A stretch of 64,000 nt of DNA from Octopus sinensis (GCF_006345805.1 NC_043010.1:29822001-29886000); one strand, 5' to 3'; shown: positions 34,222 through 47,554, counted from the first letter of the stretch. A program made the numbers and translations. The notes: generated from the letters alone by a model not told the origin.

Positions 34222-36408
34222 TCAAAGGTCATGTGCTGAATTTGAAGTAATTATTGGAGTTGTTGTAGTGAAAATCTGTGCTGCTGCACTAGGGTGCATT
34301 TGTATGGTTGGAATCACTTGTGCATTTGTTGGGTACATCTGAATTGTGGGAAAAACCTGAGTTGATGGAAAAATCTGGGCTGCCATTGTATAGAGATCAG
34401 AATCAGGTAACGTCATATGTTGAGCAAGTTGAGCATGTGGAAGTGTTGTTTGTGTATCCAGATTGAGATTTATCTGCTGTGGCTGAGCTGAGGTTGGCTG
34501 TGTCAGGGGGACACCTGTTGCTATGGCGACAGTCTGAGGATGTTGTATTTGTTGTTGGGCAGCTTGGATGTTAAATAAGTGAAGATCTTGTGCTTTCACA
34601 ATGTTAATAGTTTGTAGTGGAGCTGCACTCTCTTGAGTAGATGGTTGTGAAGCTGCACTCTCTAGAGTAGTTGGTTGTGAAGCTGCACTCTCTTGAGCAG
34701 TTGGTTGTGAAGCTGCACTATCTTGAATCTGTTGTGCAGTTGAGTCTGTTTCTGTCTTTACTTCTTGTTCTGGCTGCTCTTGGAGAAGATTTTCAGTGTT
34801 TTCTTGTTGTTGTTGTTGCTGCTGCTGCTGTTGTTGTTGTAATGGAACACAGCTTAATTTTCGTTCTCCTTTGTTTGCTTTTTTATGCCTTTCCAAGTGA
34901 TCGTTGCGGGCAAAGGCATAACCACACCTTTCACATTTGTAAGGTCGCTCACCAGAATGGATTTTACTGTGTACTTTCAAATGTGACCTCTGAGAAAAAG
35001 ACTTTTGGCAAAGGTCACACTGAAATAACTTTTCCCCAAGATGTGTTCGTTTGTGTCGCTTTAATTTACTATTAGCTGAGAATGCCTTGCTGCACGTACT
35101 GCAGACAAATGGAAGCACTGCATTGTGAATTTGCTTGTGTAAATTGGTGTGCGAACGCTGAGAGAAAGCTTTCCAGCAGACATCACAATCAAGAGGATTC
35201 ATTTCACTCATCAGTTCCTTCATTTTATCATTCTGAGAAGCAGAGTCCTTGTCAAATATGCTTGAAGATGACGATGATGATGATGCACTCTCGGTCAAAT
35301 GCTTCTCACTAGTGTGTATGCGTTGGTTGTGCACTTTTAAATGTGAGCGTTGGCTGAAAGACTTACCACACGTTTTGCAATCAAATGGCTTTAGAGCCTT
35401 GTGTATCCGCTCATGCACACTTGCATCTTTGTGCAGCGTGAAAGCTTTCCAGCAGTCTTTACAATCAAATGGGTTTGATCCATTGAGCTCATATGCTGCC
35501 ATCCAGTGGTTAGCACTGGCATCAGAGCAGCTGCTGTTCTTTCTGTCTGTTAAGGAAACAGTTCTGGAGCTGTCTTCTCGGTTGGGAGTCTTTAGTGTGT
35601 TATGGATTTTTAAGTGTCGGGCAAGATTACTACTTCTAGAGAACGTGTGTCCGCATATGTTGCACCTATACGGTTGTCCACCTGTATGAATTGTTTCATG
35701 TTCCTTCAGGTGGAACTTCTGGGAAAACTCCTTTCCACAGACTTTACATGTAAACTTTGTAGAATTGCTATCAGGGATCTTATTATCCTCTTCTCTTGTC
35801 ATAACAACAGATGCTGGAGAATCACTGGAAGTTACACTCTGAGATTGCTGCAGTACTGTTGTCAGAAGTACTTGCTGATGTTGTTGTTGCTGTTGCTGTA
35901 GTTGTAATTGGTGTTGTTGCTGCATTTGTTGTTGTTTTTGTTGTAGCAGCTCCTCCTCCTCCTCTTCTTCGGCTTGCTTTTGTTGTTGAAGTTGAATTTG
36001 AAGCTCCTGTTGTTGTTGCTGCAACTGCTGTTGTTGTTGTTCCAACAGCTGCTGCTGCTGTTGCTGTTCCAACAACTGCTGCTGTTGTTGCTGTTGTTGT
36101 TCCAACAACTGCTGCTGTTGTTGTTGCTGTTGCAGTTGCTGCTGCTGTTCTTCTTGGTTTGGTTGATGCTGCAACAATAGAATATGTTGTGGTTGTTGCT
36201 CTTGCTGTTGTTGTTGTTGCTGTTGTTGTTGCAGCAGAAACGTTGGCTGCACAGGGTGGTGGGTGCTGCTGTGTTTCTCCAATAGCTCATACTGGCTGAA
36301 CGTCTGTGCACACAAACTGCAACAGTATGCTGCCCCCAGCTTTGTCAGTGCATCGGCAACCAACACAATGGGAAGACCCTCATTCGATACTTGGATAACT
36401 TGATTCAT
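34222..36408 (-). CDS. C2H2 zinc-finger protein C (728 aa from the first ATG; polyQ-rich; 8 complete fingers plus 1 lacking the last His)
   Basis: Intact ORF; the ORF-track start at 36480 is TTG with an in-frame TAA at 36487-36489, so the ATG at 36408 (aaggATGA) is the likely start; fingers e.g. CKVC..QKFHLKEH, CNIC..RSSNLARH, CDLC..QRSHLKVH. Confidence 0.93.
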   Translation of the reverse strand: MNQVIQVSNEGLPIVLVADALTKLGAAYCCSLCAQTFSQYELLEKHSSTHHPVQPTFLLQQQQQQQQQQEQQPQHILLLQHQPNQEEQQQQLQQQQQQQQLLEQQQQQQQQLLEQQQQQQLLEQQQQQLQQQQQELQIQLQQQKQAEEEEEEELLQQKQQQMQQQHQLQLQQQQQQHQQVLLTTVLQQSQSVTSSDSPASVVMTREEDNKIPDSNSTKFTCKVCGKEFSQKFHLKEHETIHTGGQPYRCNICGHTFSRSSNLARHLKIHNTLKTPNREDSSRTVSLTDRKNSSCSDASANHWMAAYELNGSNPFDCKDCWKAFTLHKDASVHERIHKALKPFDCKTCGKSFSQRSHLKVHNQRIHTSEKHLTESASSSSSSSSIFDKDSASQNDKMKELMSEMNPLDCDVCWKAFSQRSHTNLHKQIHNAVLPFVCSTCSKAFSANSKLKRHKRTHLGEKLFQCDLCQKSFSQRSHLKVHSKIHSGERPYKCERCGYAFARNDHLERHKKANKGERKLSCVPLQQQQQQQQQQQQENTENLLQEQPEQEVKTETDSTAQQIQDSAASQPTAQESAASQPTTLESAASQPSTQESAAPLQTINIVKAQDLHLFNIQAAQQQIQHPQTVAIATGVPLTQPTSAQPQQINLNLDTQTTLPHAQLAQHMTLPDSDLYTMAAQIFPSTQVFPTIQMYPTNAQVIPTIQMHPSAAAQIFTTTTPIITSNSAHDL
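34621..34726 (-). repeat. Coding 30-bp tandem repeat (3.5 copies; Q(D/E)SAASQP(T/S)(A/T))
   Basis: Unit agctgcactctc(t/a)(t/a)gag(t/c)ag(a/t)tggttgtga. Confidence 0.95.
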
Positions 36409-37254
36409 CCTTGATGCTGTTGATGATAATGATGATGATGTACTTACTACTAATGTTGTTGCTGTTCTTGATACTGACAAGGGTGGTTATTTACGTTGTT
36501 GTTACTAATGAAGATGATACAGTTTGCGGTATTAATTAAGATTCGTTGCTGCTATAAATGCTTTCTTGATGGGGTTTTTGTTGCAGTTATTGTTGCTGTC
36601 GAGTTACCAGAGAGCTGTCATAATTGAAGTTGTTTCTGTTGCTGTTGTTACCAGAGTTGAAAATCAAGCCAATGAAGAATCCTCTATGAGGTCACTCAAC
36701 CTGCTTGAAATAGCAGCCAGATATCTCACAAATCACACTCTGTCTTAGAAAAAAACACTTTCGATAATGGAATCTTGGTTTCCTTATACATAACAAAAAA
36801 AAAAAAAATGAGATGGTTACAGTTGGAATATTTTTGACTGAAGGTGGTTGTAGGTTTCTCAGATCAGGGCTGCCCCGGGGTTAAACAATACTTGTTTAGA
36901 TATAGCTTGTATTTGTTCATGTTAATGATGTTCAGTATTGTTAACATTATGTACTGGTTATGGTGGTAATGGTTATTGTCGGTATTGCTTATGTGGTAGT
37001 TGCATCACATTTACTGTTATGTATTCTCTGTGTTGTTGTTGTTGCTCTTTAAGTTTCATGTTACTAATGACAACTGCTGTTGTTGTTGTTGGTGGTGTAT
37101 TGGATGAAGCTTCAGACAGACAAGGCAGCTTGGACCATTATTTAATGATTGTTTAAAAGACAGAGAAATAAAAATGATCGGGGTGGTGATGATTGAGATA
37201 CTGTCATAGGTGACCAGATGGATTCATAGCCTTGTTCTTCCTTTCATTTCAAAT

Positions 37255-37300
37255 CTGAAAACCATGAAAAAAAGACAACTGAAATATTACAACATTAGCA
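37255..37300 (-). promoter_or_regulatory. 3' splice acceptor for the ZNF C coding exon (exon starts 37254)
   Basis: Minus strand gctaat (branch-like)...ttgtctttttttcatggttttcAG|atttg. Confidence 0.6.
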
Positions 37301-37452
37301 TTACATATTTCCATTAGACATTAAGACAACAAGAACATAGATAAAACATGTTGGTGTGCGCGTGTGTGTGCGTACATATGTGTGTGTGCATGCGCTTGTG
37401 TGTGTCCTACATATGCCAGTATAGAAAATGGAGATTAAATGATGATGATGGT

Positions 37453-37512
<60 letters not shown>

Positions 37513-37612
37513 TATATACACACACATATATATACCCACACAAACACGTATATATACATACACATATACACACATATAAATACATATATGTAAACATATA
37601 TATATATATATA

Positions 37613-37999
37613 CTAGCAGTATCACCCGGCGTTGCTCGGGTTTGTAAGGGAAATAACTATATAAGCATTTTTAGAGAGTTATAGCCAAAGAATAGCAAAA
37701 AAATGCATTAAAAATGGAAAAAAAATGATGGTAAATTTTTTTAAAAATCGTTGACTCATTGTAGACATTTTTAGAGAGTTACTTCCCTTATATAATAGCG
37801 AAAAAATGCATTAAAATGGAAAAAAATGATGGTAAATTATTTTTAAAATCGTAGACTCATGCTAATACCCAGAAGGGCTCAATATGAATCATGACTATAA
37901 GATACCTGGTTTTGGTTAAACTGCACCGCAAAATGTGGGAGTAGTTAGGAATCTAAATCATAGGAGACAGACACACAACTTCACTTTTATATATAAAGA
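37613..37999 (-). mobile_element. Non-autonomous Helitron H1, copy 2, with internal tandem duplication
   Basis: A^TCTTTATATATAAAAG ... caacgccgggtgatactgCTAG^T. Confidence 0.75.
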
Positions 38000-38070
38000 T
38001 ATGTATGAATAAATAGACACACACACACACACAGACATATATATACACACATGCATATATATATACATAC

Positions 38071-38795
38071 GGGCTTGGGACAACAATAAGCTGACCAAGA
38101 CCACGAAAATGAAGATCTACCAGACATGTGTACTTAGCACTCTACTGTATGGAAGTGAGACTTGGACGCTATACACACGCCAAGAGCATCGCCTAAATAT
38201 CTTTCACCTGCGCTGCCTCCGGAAAATCCTCTGCATCAAATGGCAGAATCATATCCCCAACAAAGATGTCCTCAGGCAAGCAGGAATACCAAGCATATTT
38301 GCACTCCTCACATAAAGACGTATGAGATGGCTTGGGCATGTTAGCTGTATGAAAGATGGCAGAATCCCCAAGGACATACTCTATGGAGAGCTTGCTAGGG
38401 GTACTAGGTCTGTGGGTAGACCGTTCTTACGTTACAAGGATGTTTGCAAAAGGGACAAGAAGGCCTGCAACATCAATATTAGCGGTTGGGAGGCAGTTGC
38501 CGGTAACTGTGGAGACTGGCGACGTACCGTAAAAGAGGGAATACAAAGGAGTGACAGAGAGAGAGAGAGGAGAAATGGAAAAGACAAGAAAAGACGTCAA
38601 CAAGAAACTATGGCATTACAACCAGCCAGGAACAGTCTTCGCTACATTTGCGGTACCTGCCAGAGGGAGTGTTTGTCCAGGATAGGACTACACAGCCACA
38701 GCAGGAAATGTATCAGGACATGAAATGTAAAAGCCGGACTAGACTACTTTATACGCAACTCCATTGTCTCCCGAGACAAAAAGGATGCCAACAAC
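38071..38795 (+). mobile_element. 5'-truncated RTE-clade LINE (ORF2 C-terminus)
   Basis: KIYQTCVLSTLLYGSETW...FHLRCLRKIL...RWLGHV...IPKDILYGEL...GRPFLRYKDVCKRD...C..C...C.SRIGLHSH; one in-frame stop. Confidence 0.9.
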
Positions 38796-39056
38796 ATACA
38801 TGCATATATATGTATATTTATAGGTACAGGAGTGGCTGTGTGGTAAGTACCTTCCTTACCAACAACATGGTTCCAGGTTCAGTCTCACTGCGTGGAATCA
38901 TCCTTTGACATAGACTGTTTATTGTTTGGCTTTTATATTACTCTTGACACCCAGAGCAGGTTAGTGTGTATATCACGTTCTCCAAAGCACATGAAGCTGC
39001 TTTTCACTGTGAAACGTTGTCCTTATTTATATATACATATATATATATACATATAC

Positions 39057-39099
<43 letters not shown>

Positions 39100-39100
39100 C

Positions 39101-39155
<55 letters not shown>

Positions 39156-39228
39156 TACATATATAAATATACATACATATGTATATATATATATATGTAT
39201 ATATATATTATACATACATACACATCTA

Positions 39229-39294
<66 letters not shown>

Positions 39295-39327
39295 GATGTG
39301 TATGTATGTATATACATATATATATAT

Positions 39328-40085
39328 CAAGACATCAGACTTGCCAATGACATCTTGGTCTCGCGCCATTTCTGCTCTATTGGTCGCTCATTACAACACC
39401 TGTCTGTGTTCGGATTGTCCTTGCACAGGGGCCATCTGGACTCCAATCTTCGCCATGAGCAGGGACTAATCTTCTCTCTTTGTTCCTCTCCTCCCGTCTT
39501 CATGTAACCCTCCTCTTCTCCTCTCACACCTACATCCTCCGACCCACCTCTCCTCATTCCTACCCACCTCCCTTCATTGTCACCCACTCCCTCGTTACCC
39601 CACCGTTACACATTCCAACCCCACCATCCCATTCCACCCACCTCATCCTTTAGACCCCCACACCACCCCACATACACTAGCACTGACCACTTCCCAGCAC
39701 CCACACTAACACTGAGCACTTCCCAGCACTTACACCATCATCCACACACATGCAGATGTCAAGGTCACCAGCTCCCTTGCCCACATACATACACATTCTC
39801 ACATAAACACACATGCACCTTTGTTTTGGGATCATCACTGATTTATTATCTCCCCTTCTTCCTAGGTCTCCTGTGTGACCCCTCTGTCCAGCATTCGCCA
39901 TGAAGATTGCTAGCCATTGAGCCTTTTTGTATTTTCTCTCTCCCTGTTTATTTTCTGTGTTCCTTTCGTTCCCAAAGAGCGTAGGCTCAAAACGTAAAAG
40001 ACTTTCTCACTATCCCGAGCATTAAACTAATACATGTTTCTTTTTTACACACATGTGTCTTTTTTTTTTTGCAAATTCTCACTCT
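39328..40085 (+). mobile_element. Penelope-like element 3' fragment
   Basis: [50 protein letters not shown] resembles the C-terminal part of a PLE GIY-YIG endonuclease; the tail has a decayed hammerhead-like motif (about 39963-40012). Confidence 0.65.
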
Positions 40086-40102
40086 TTATTTATCTACATA
40101 TA

Positions 40103-40139
<37 letters not shown>

Positions 40140-40558
40140 TATATATATATATATACGTATATATATATATATATACGTATATATATATATATACGTATAT
40201 ATATATATATACACGTACATATAGATATATATACATATATATATATATACATTATATATATATACATATATAATAATATACACTATATATATATATACAT
40301 ATATATATAATATCATATATATATTATAGATATATATATATATTATATATATTATATATATACATATATACATAATATATATATATATTATATATATATA
40401 CATATATACAATATATATATATATATATATATTATATATACATATATACATATATATATTATATCCTATATATATATATATATATATACATATATATCTA
40501 TATATTATATATATACCTATATATATACTATATTATCTATACATATATATATATATAC

Positions 40559-40589
<31 letters not shown>

Positions 40590-40590
40590 C

Positions 40591-40644
<54 letters not shown>

Positions 40645-40648
40645 CATC

Positions 40649-40716
<68 letters not shown>

Positions 40717-40748
40717 CATATATATAATATACATATATATATATAGAT

Positions 40749-40802
<54 letters not shown>

Positions 40803-42719
40803 CATATATATATATATCATATATATATCTATTATATATATATATATAATATATATATACATATATATCTATAATAATATATACATATATATATATATAT
40901 CATATATTATATATATTATATCTATATTATATATATCTAATCTCATATATATATATATATAGATAATACATGTATATAAAAATACAAAATGGGACAAGAA
41001 TGCAAAACATCCAAACAGTTACGTGATGCAAAAAAGGGACAACAAAACATCCGATAAACGATACAAAGAAAACAAGGATGGGTCATTTGGAGTTTTCTTT
41101 CCTCAGTCGAGTTCCAGATTATCTATGCAATTTCGACAGGTTATACTCGAGATTGCTTCAATCTGGCCAGCCCCAAGGAAAAACTAAGCTAAGAGCATAA
41201 GATTCCTTGGAAGAAAGTAGTGAATGTATGCGAAAACAAGGACAGAAAAAAACAAAAAAAAAACGGAGAATGTTGCACAAATACAAAAAACAGGGCATAA
41301 CAACAGGTGTCTTTCAACTAAGGACGAATTAAATTAAGCTGGTGTGTGTGGAAATAAAGCCTTATGGGAGGGATACAAGATTTCAGAGGCACAGGGAGGA
41401 ATATAGATGTTGCACGGATAATGGCCGAACCAAGAAAGAAAGATCAGGCTTAGTCAAACACTGGTCATGTGGGGAGAGAAGAGGTAGAGACAGAGGGACA
41501 GAAGAATTGAGGGGCGAGAAAATATGACAGGGACACAGTGAAGTGAAAAGCGGAGAGAAAGTGAGCAGGAAGAGAAGGCAGGGAAATGTGAGAGAGGGGA
41601 AACAAAAGAACGAAGAGTGGAATGAATGAATAAGCGTGAAAGGGCTGATAGAAAGAAAGAATAGAGTCAGACAAGATTTAGATAAATATATTCCTACAGG
41701 TAAGAGACCAAAGTGTACATACACTGCTATATATATAAATACAAAATGGGACAAGAATGTAAAACATCCAGTTAGGTGATACAAAAAAGAGACAACACAA
41801 CATCCAGATAGACAATACAAAGAAAACAAGGATGGGTCATTCGGAGTTTTCTTTTCTCAGTTGAGTTCCAGATTATCTTTGCAATTTCGGTTGGTTATAC
41901 TCGAGATTGCTCCAATCTGGCCAGCCCCAAGGAAAAACTAAGCTAAGAGCATTAGATTCCTTGGAAGAAATAGTGAATGTATATGAAAACAAGGATGAAA
42001 AAAAAATGGAGAATGTTACACAAATACAAAAAACAGGATATAAGAACAAGTGTCTTGATGAATTAAATTAAGCTGACATGTGTGGAAGTAAAGCTTTACG
42101 GCAGGGATATATAGATTTCATTACTTCATTTTTAGGCTTCAAATAGGAGTTGCTTGGGTGGCTTTGTGGGCATTGACCTCAGTAAGGTATAACCTTGTAT
42201 TTATTATGGGGGTTTCAATCCCTTCTTGAAATTATGAAGGGTTATATATTTTATCTTTATCTGTCATTAGACTGTGGCCATGCTGGGGCAGCATGAATTT
42301 TCATTGAATGAAGCAGGCATCGAAATTGCTACCATGAACTTGTCTCTTACTCTATGATATTTGGCACAAAGGTGGCAAGCTGGCAGAAATGTTAGCACGC
42401 AGGGCAAAGTGCTTAACAGTATTTCGTCTGCCATTACATTCTGAGTTCAAATTCCGCTGAGGTCAACTTTGTCTTTCATGCTTTCGGGGTTGATAAATTA
42501 AGTATCAGTAATCAATTTAATCCCTTTGTCTGTCCCCTCTATGTTTAGCCCCTTGTGGGCAATAAAGAAATAACAATGTCACCATAATTGAGACCCCAAC
42601 AACATAAGGTAAAATATAAGTATTTATACAGATCTGATTATGATGAATAGGTACAGAACAAGTTGGCTAACACCATGATGAATATTCAAATGCAAGTAGA
42701 AGTTATGGATATGATACAA

Positions 42720-43430
42720 AGAATGCAAAAAGATCAAGGCTCTTGGAGTTCTGCACTGCAAATGGCCTAACCATTTGCAACACTAACTTTAGAAAATCAG
42801 TCATGCAATGTATCAGAGTGCTGACCAGATGTTATATGCAGGTGACCTTGTCCTTTAAGTGGAATCTCTAGTAGAATAAAAACAGAAATTCTAAGAGTGG
42901 AATCAATACCTGAAATCAAAGGGGTCAACTTAGCAAAAACAAAAATTTCAGTAATCAGGAAAACAGACAGGACTCTACTTCCACCAGGGAAATAGCCTTG
43001 CTTGATAATTAGAAAAGGAGCAGTAGAAGTTCCATATGATGTACACATTGCAAACAAGAGGTGCAATGGTAACACAGCTGGTTAACGGAGAGAATAAACT
43101 TTGTATGTGGAAGATGCTTAAGAGCAATAAAGTATGAGAGCACAGGAAAAAGATTTTCTTAAATACCCAGGAGGATACTTAGGTATAACAGATGGCTTCT
43201 GTTACCTAGGTGAGCTAATTAACAGTAGAGGAGGATGTTCTGAAAGTAGAGAAGCCTAAAAGAAGTTCCTTTCTAAGAGTAAAAGGCAGATTGTATGATA
43301 CTTGTGTACCAATAGCACTGCTTCATAGTAATGAGACAGAGGTACTAAATGCAGAAGACTTGCAAAAACTAGAAAAAAGCAAAGCTAGCTTGCTCTGCTG
43401 GATGTACATTAGTATGCACCAATAATGAAA
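42720..43430 (+). pseudogene. Highly fragmented RTE/CR1-type LINE relic
   Basis: LLEFCTANGLTICNTNFRK (endonuclease-like) and downstream FCYLG...GGCSES...RVKGRLYDTCV pieces. Confidence 0.55.
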
Positions 43431-44177
43431 TACAATAATGAAGACAACTATATAAAGAAGTGCCAATCACTTTATGTGGATGGAAAAGTGGTTGATCTCT
43501 AGGTTTTGAGCTTTACAGAAATGATTGATAACATGAGATGCTTGAAAAGATCCACCCATCAAGTCAAAACTAAAGCTATGGAAGCATGTGTAAACAGTAT
43601 GGGTGTGTGTGCATAAGTGGGGGAAACTTACCCAATTTATACCTGTCAAGCCTTTCCAACAATTCTTCAACCCCTCTCCTAATTACTACAGCAATTAAAT
43701 GAGAACAGAAGTACATATTTTATCATCCTTTTCTCTGCTACTGGTTATTTCTCCCACTACCCAGAACCACTTCTTTTGATATCCATCCCTCATTCTTAAC
43801 ATCATCCCCTTTCCATTCACATTTTCCATCAATCAAGCTTTCTATTGGTAGTTATCTCCCTCTTCCCTCAACCACTTCCTGTTGAGTCATCTCTGACCAC
43901 CTTTACTCTTATCAGCCTTTCACTCACTTCCCAAACACACTCTTGCAACTTACCCACCTACCTCTCATTCTTCTATCTACTGTATTATTATTATTATTAT
44001 TATTATGGCAGAATCGTTAGCATGCAGGGCAAAATGCTTAGTGGCATTTTGTCCATTTTTATGTTCTGAGTTCAAATTCCGCAGAGATTGACCATCCTTT
44101 TTCAAGACTGCAGCTCAGCATTGCTGCAGTCTAATGACTCAAAAAAGGGAAAAAGAATATATATATATATATATGTG

Positions 44178-44588
44178 GGATCTTTTCGGTTTGAACGGCA
44201 GTTTTTCTAGTGGTGTCATATGAAATTGTCACCCATAATTATGACCCTAGTATCGATCTATTGCATTTCAATCTGGATTAGGGTTAGGGGTGGGGGGAAG
44301 GGTATCTTTTTTTCTTCACAAATGTAAACAAACCCAATCTGTTTCTTAAACGAGGGACATATTCATACGGCACAGAATGTTTTTTTACCTTAATAGACGT
44401 CAGTGATTGGTTGAAATTGCAGAAATTGAAGAAAAAAAACAACAAATATCTTACAAACCATAGAATTTTCTCAATAAAGCCAAGAGAAAAAGATGTTTTA
44501 TAAACACATTCTACCAGTATACGATGTTAAAATTTTTTTAGTTACCTAGAAATTATGTTAAAAACTTCCGTTCAAACCAAAAAGATCC
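44178..44588. mobile_element. Non-autonomous DNA transposon (MITE), GG-terminal TIRs, 8-bp TSD, copy 1
   Basis: ~28-bp TIR GGATCTTTTCGGTTTGAACGGCAGTTTT; TSD TATATGTG at 44170-44177 and 44589-44596. Confidence 0.9.
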
Positions 44589-44829
44589 TATATGTGTATG
44601 TATGTATGTATGTATGTATATGACATTTCTGTCTATAAAATTCACTTACACAGTGATTTTAGTGTGTCTGGAGCTTTAATAAGAGTGGGTCTGACCCTGA
44701 AACTAACTGGTTGGGGTGCAAACTTCTCAAACACCCAACTATGCCTTTACCTACCATGTATACCTTTCATTTTACGTTTGCTTATTACAAAAATATATTA
44801 TTGAGGTACATGTTTGCACATATATACAT

Positions 44830-45900
44830 CAATATATAGAGGGTTTGTTAGCTATTTAAGAACCATGAGAAGACTAAACTTTAACTAAATATCCTTTCTT
44901 TTTCAGCCCAAATTTGGAAGCTTTGAATCTAACACAGATGATGAAAAAGCATGAGGTTCTTATTACCAACAACAATGATTCTAAGATTGCAGCCTTCTTA
45001 AATGTTGTCAAGTCCTTCACGTTTAAGATTAGCAAAGAGCTCTTGGCCCCTAGTGGGAATGTGTCTTCTGTGGCCAAAAGAAAAAGACATTCTTAATAGT
45101 CAGACATTTTCAGAAAAGTTGAGTTTATCCAACAAGACCAGGACATCATCAAGAATCCTGGCATGTCAATGAGGGTCATTGCTAATGATCTTCATGTGTC
45201 AGAGTCAATGTTTAGATTTGTGGTGCATGAAGACATCAAGTACCAATCCTATGATATGAGAATAGGGCAGTATATATATTCATGTCCAATAAGGCCTGGG
45301 ATAACCGTGTGATATAATCAAAGCACTCGCTGAACTAACTCAAGGAGCCTGGAGCCTAACATGGTGTAGTTCTTCCCAGATGAAAAGAATTTATCAAAAA
45401 TCAAAAAGGGAACAAAAAAATAACAGATGGCTCTGCATCACTCTCAATGAAGTCCCCATTGTTAAGCACACTAAGTTTCCATTGTCTGCAATATCTTTGG
45501 GATCGTGAGCAATGAGGGCCACGTAATGTTCACTCACTTTTCCCCACGGGTCTTAGGGTCAATGTGGCAACCTACATTGAGACAATTGCCAAGCCCTGAA
45601 TGGAGAGAGTTGCTCAGGCGAATCTGTGTATGTTCTAACAAGATTCTGCTCTCTCTCTCTCTCCCTCTCACACTGCCTTGCATGACCCAGGAGTGCATGG
45701 GCCTCATAGCTATCATGATTTAAGCCACCGCTTGAATACTACGTCAGGGATGTCGTTGAGAGGGAGACCAACAAGCATGTCCACACGACTCGTTCATGTC
45801 TGCTATTGGGAACATTATGGCCAACATGAACAAAGATCACCTGACCAATGCATTTAGTCATTTTTCAGAAGCTGTATCGAGTAAATCCTTCGTTTAATTT
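44830..45900 (+). mobile_element. Second maT/Tc1-like transposase remnant (diverged subfamily)
   Basis: KKHEVL...KIAAFLNVVKSF..KISKEL, SMRVIANDLHVSE....VVHEDIKY.SY and FFPDEK pieces paralleling the DD37D copies. Confidence 0.55.
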
Positions 45901-46299
45901 AAAATTAATTTTATAGGTACTTTCACACACACACACATGCATGCTTGCATCCTGGTTCATCGTAGCACAAACAATTATAAAAGTAGTAATAGTTGATTAT
46001 CATTATTATTTAAAGACATATGCGTATGAATACACGTATGTGTATTTGTGTACAATTGAAAATATGTGTGCACGCATATCTTACATATGTATTTTTGTAC
46101 ATGATAGGTATACAGTATATATTATGTAGGAAAATTGTAAGTATCAGACAGTTTACATGCAAGAATATGTGTGGTATATTGGTATGCATTAAGTATGTGA
46201 AAACATGAAATCCTCTGTTTATACCTATAGTTTTTTTTTCATATAATATGCATGTACGTGCATAAGATATGTGCACGCATATAGCATTTTATGCATATA

Positions 46300-47200
46300 T
46301 TTCTAATGCTATATGTATATGATTAAAAATGCTTGTAGGTATATGTGCGCTTATGAACTCGCGTTCGTTGTGAGCGCGCGTACATGCATGCGCACACGTT
46401 CGCGCACGCGGAGGTACATAGAATAGTACTGACTGAGACAAATTCTGCTCCTTGCTATAAGTTAGCATTCTAATGAAACCTGCTGAAAGAAAATTGTAGT
46501 AAAAGTCACCTGCTGATCCTATTGTACAGTTGGAAGAGTCCGGCATTATGAATGCAGTCAACATGAAGAAATCTTGACGAATTCGCAAATCCATTAACAA
46601 CATGAGATTTTCTTAACAACAAAGAAGCGGTGTAGCCGGTTTTTATGTTCCTTTGTAATAAATATCCCGTTTTCTACTTTTTCTGTATCTGCTAATGTTA
46701 ATTCAGCACAAAAGATATAAAGTAAATTGATTGTAATGATACTCTGCTGTCATTTCACGGTTGAATCTTTCTAAAACCATAGAAACACTCCCGCAAAAAC
46801 TTGTCCTCGCAACCCACTGATAGCTGCTTCTTTTGGCAACTGCATCTTTACTGCATAACTAAAATGGTATCTCAAAGACTAGCTTTCCGGAGCCGGGAAA
46901 TGTTTCAGTTTTGAGAGAGATGCTGACTTGGCCCTGACTGTATTTGTGTTTCCACTCCTGAGATTGTACTCATTTCAACATCGGAAATTTTCAGTAATAA
47001 ATTGTCAAACGAGGGGTGGGGGACGACAGCAAGAACTAAATAAGGAAAACACGAGGCAAATAAGGGGATTTACTTTATTTTCCTGCAAACAAGTCGAATT
47101 TTTCAGATCAAGTTTACAGCCAAAAGTAGTAGGTCGATTTATACACCAAAATAACTTTGGAGGACCAAACCATGCAAAATGCAACAGGATTTGGAAAAAT
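46300..47200 (-). promoter_or_regulatory. CpG-retaining unique region; candidate promoter / first exon of ZNF C
   Basis: Dense CG run at 46345-46415 (gcgcgcg, cgttcgcgcacgcgg); minus-strand donor-like CAG|GTGACT at 46510/46509. Confidence 0.35.
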
Positions 47201-47554
47201 AGTGACGCTGTTTGAATGTTTACATTTCATAATTTACACTATTATACTATTTCGACTAGTATGCCGGAAAATACGGAATATGGAAGAGTCAGTATCATAA
47301 AGTTCCGAGAGGGTTGGATAGATGTTAACGGTAGAAAATCTAGAGATAGTAAGAGACATTTAGCTGAATATGGTAGAAATTTGGCTATCACAGAGAGAGC
47401 AGTATAGTCAGTAGGACAATGAGAGGCAGGATGTTCTGCGGGGCTGGAGACCATTGTAGTAATGGGAGAAGTGACAGGAAAGAGGTCTGGCCTTGAGCTA
47501 GTGATTTTAGTCTTGATAAGGGAAGAAAAACATTGTAAAGCTGACTGCAGTTTC

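Noticed and set aside
34621-34726. Regular 30-bp repeats as a CRISPR-like array
   Set aside because: No spacers; an in-frame coding minisatellite in a eukaryotic gene
35811-36311. Several Val/Ala/Leu/Asn-rich ORFs overlapping ZNF C
   Set aside because: Alternative frames or the antisense strand of the polyQ tract
36409-36480. N-terminal extension of ZNF C given in the ORF track
   Set aside because: It starts at TTG, with an in-frame TAA 3 codons further up; the first ATG is at 36408
47216-47407. 63-aa ORF in unique DNA near the candidate promoter
   Set aside because: Short, no recognisable motif or splice support; cannot be distinguished from chance
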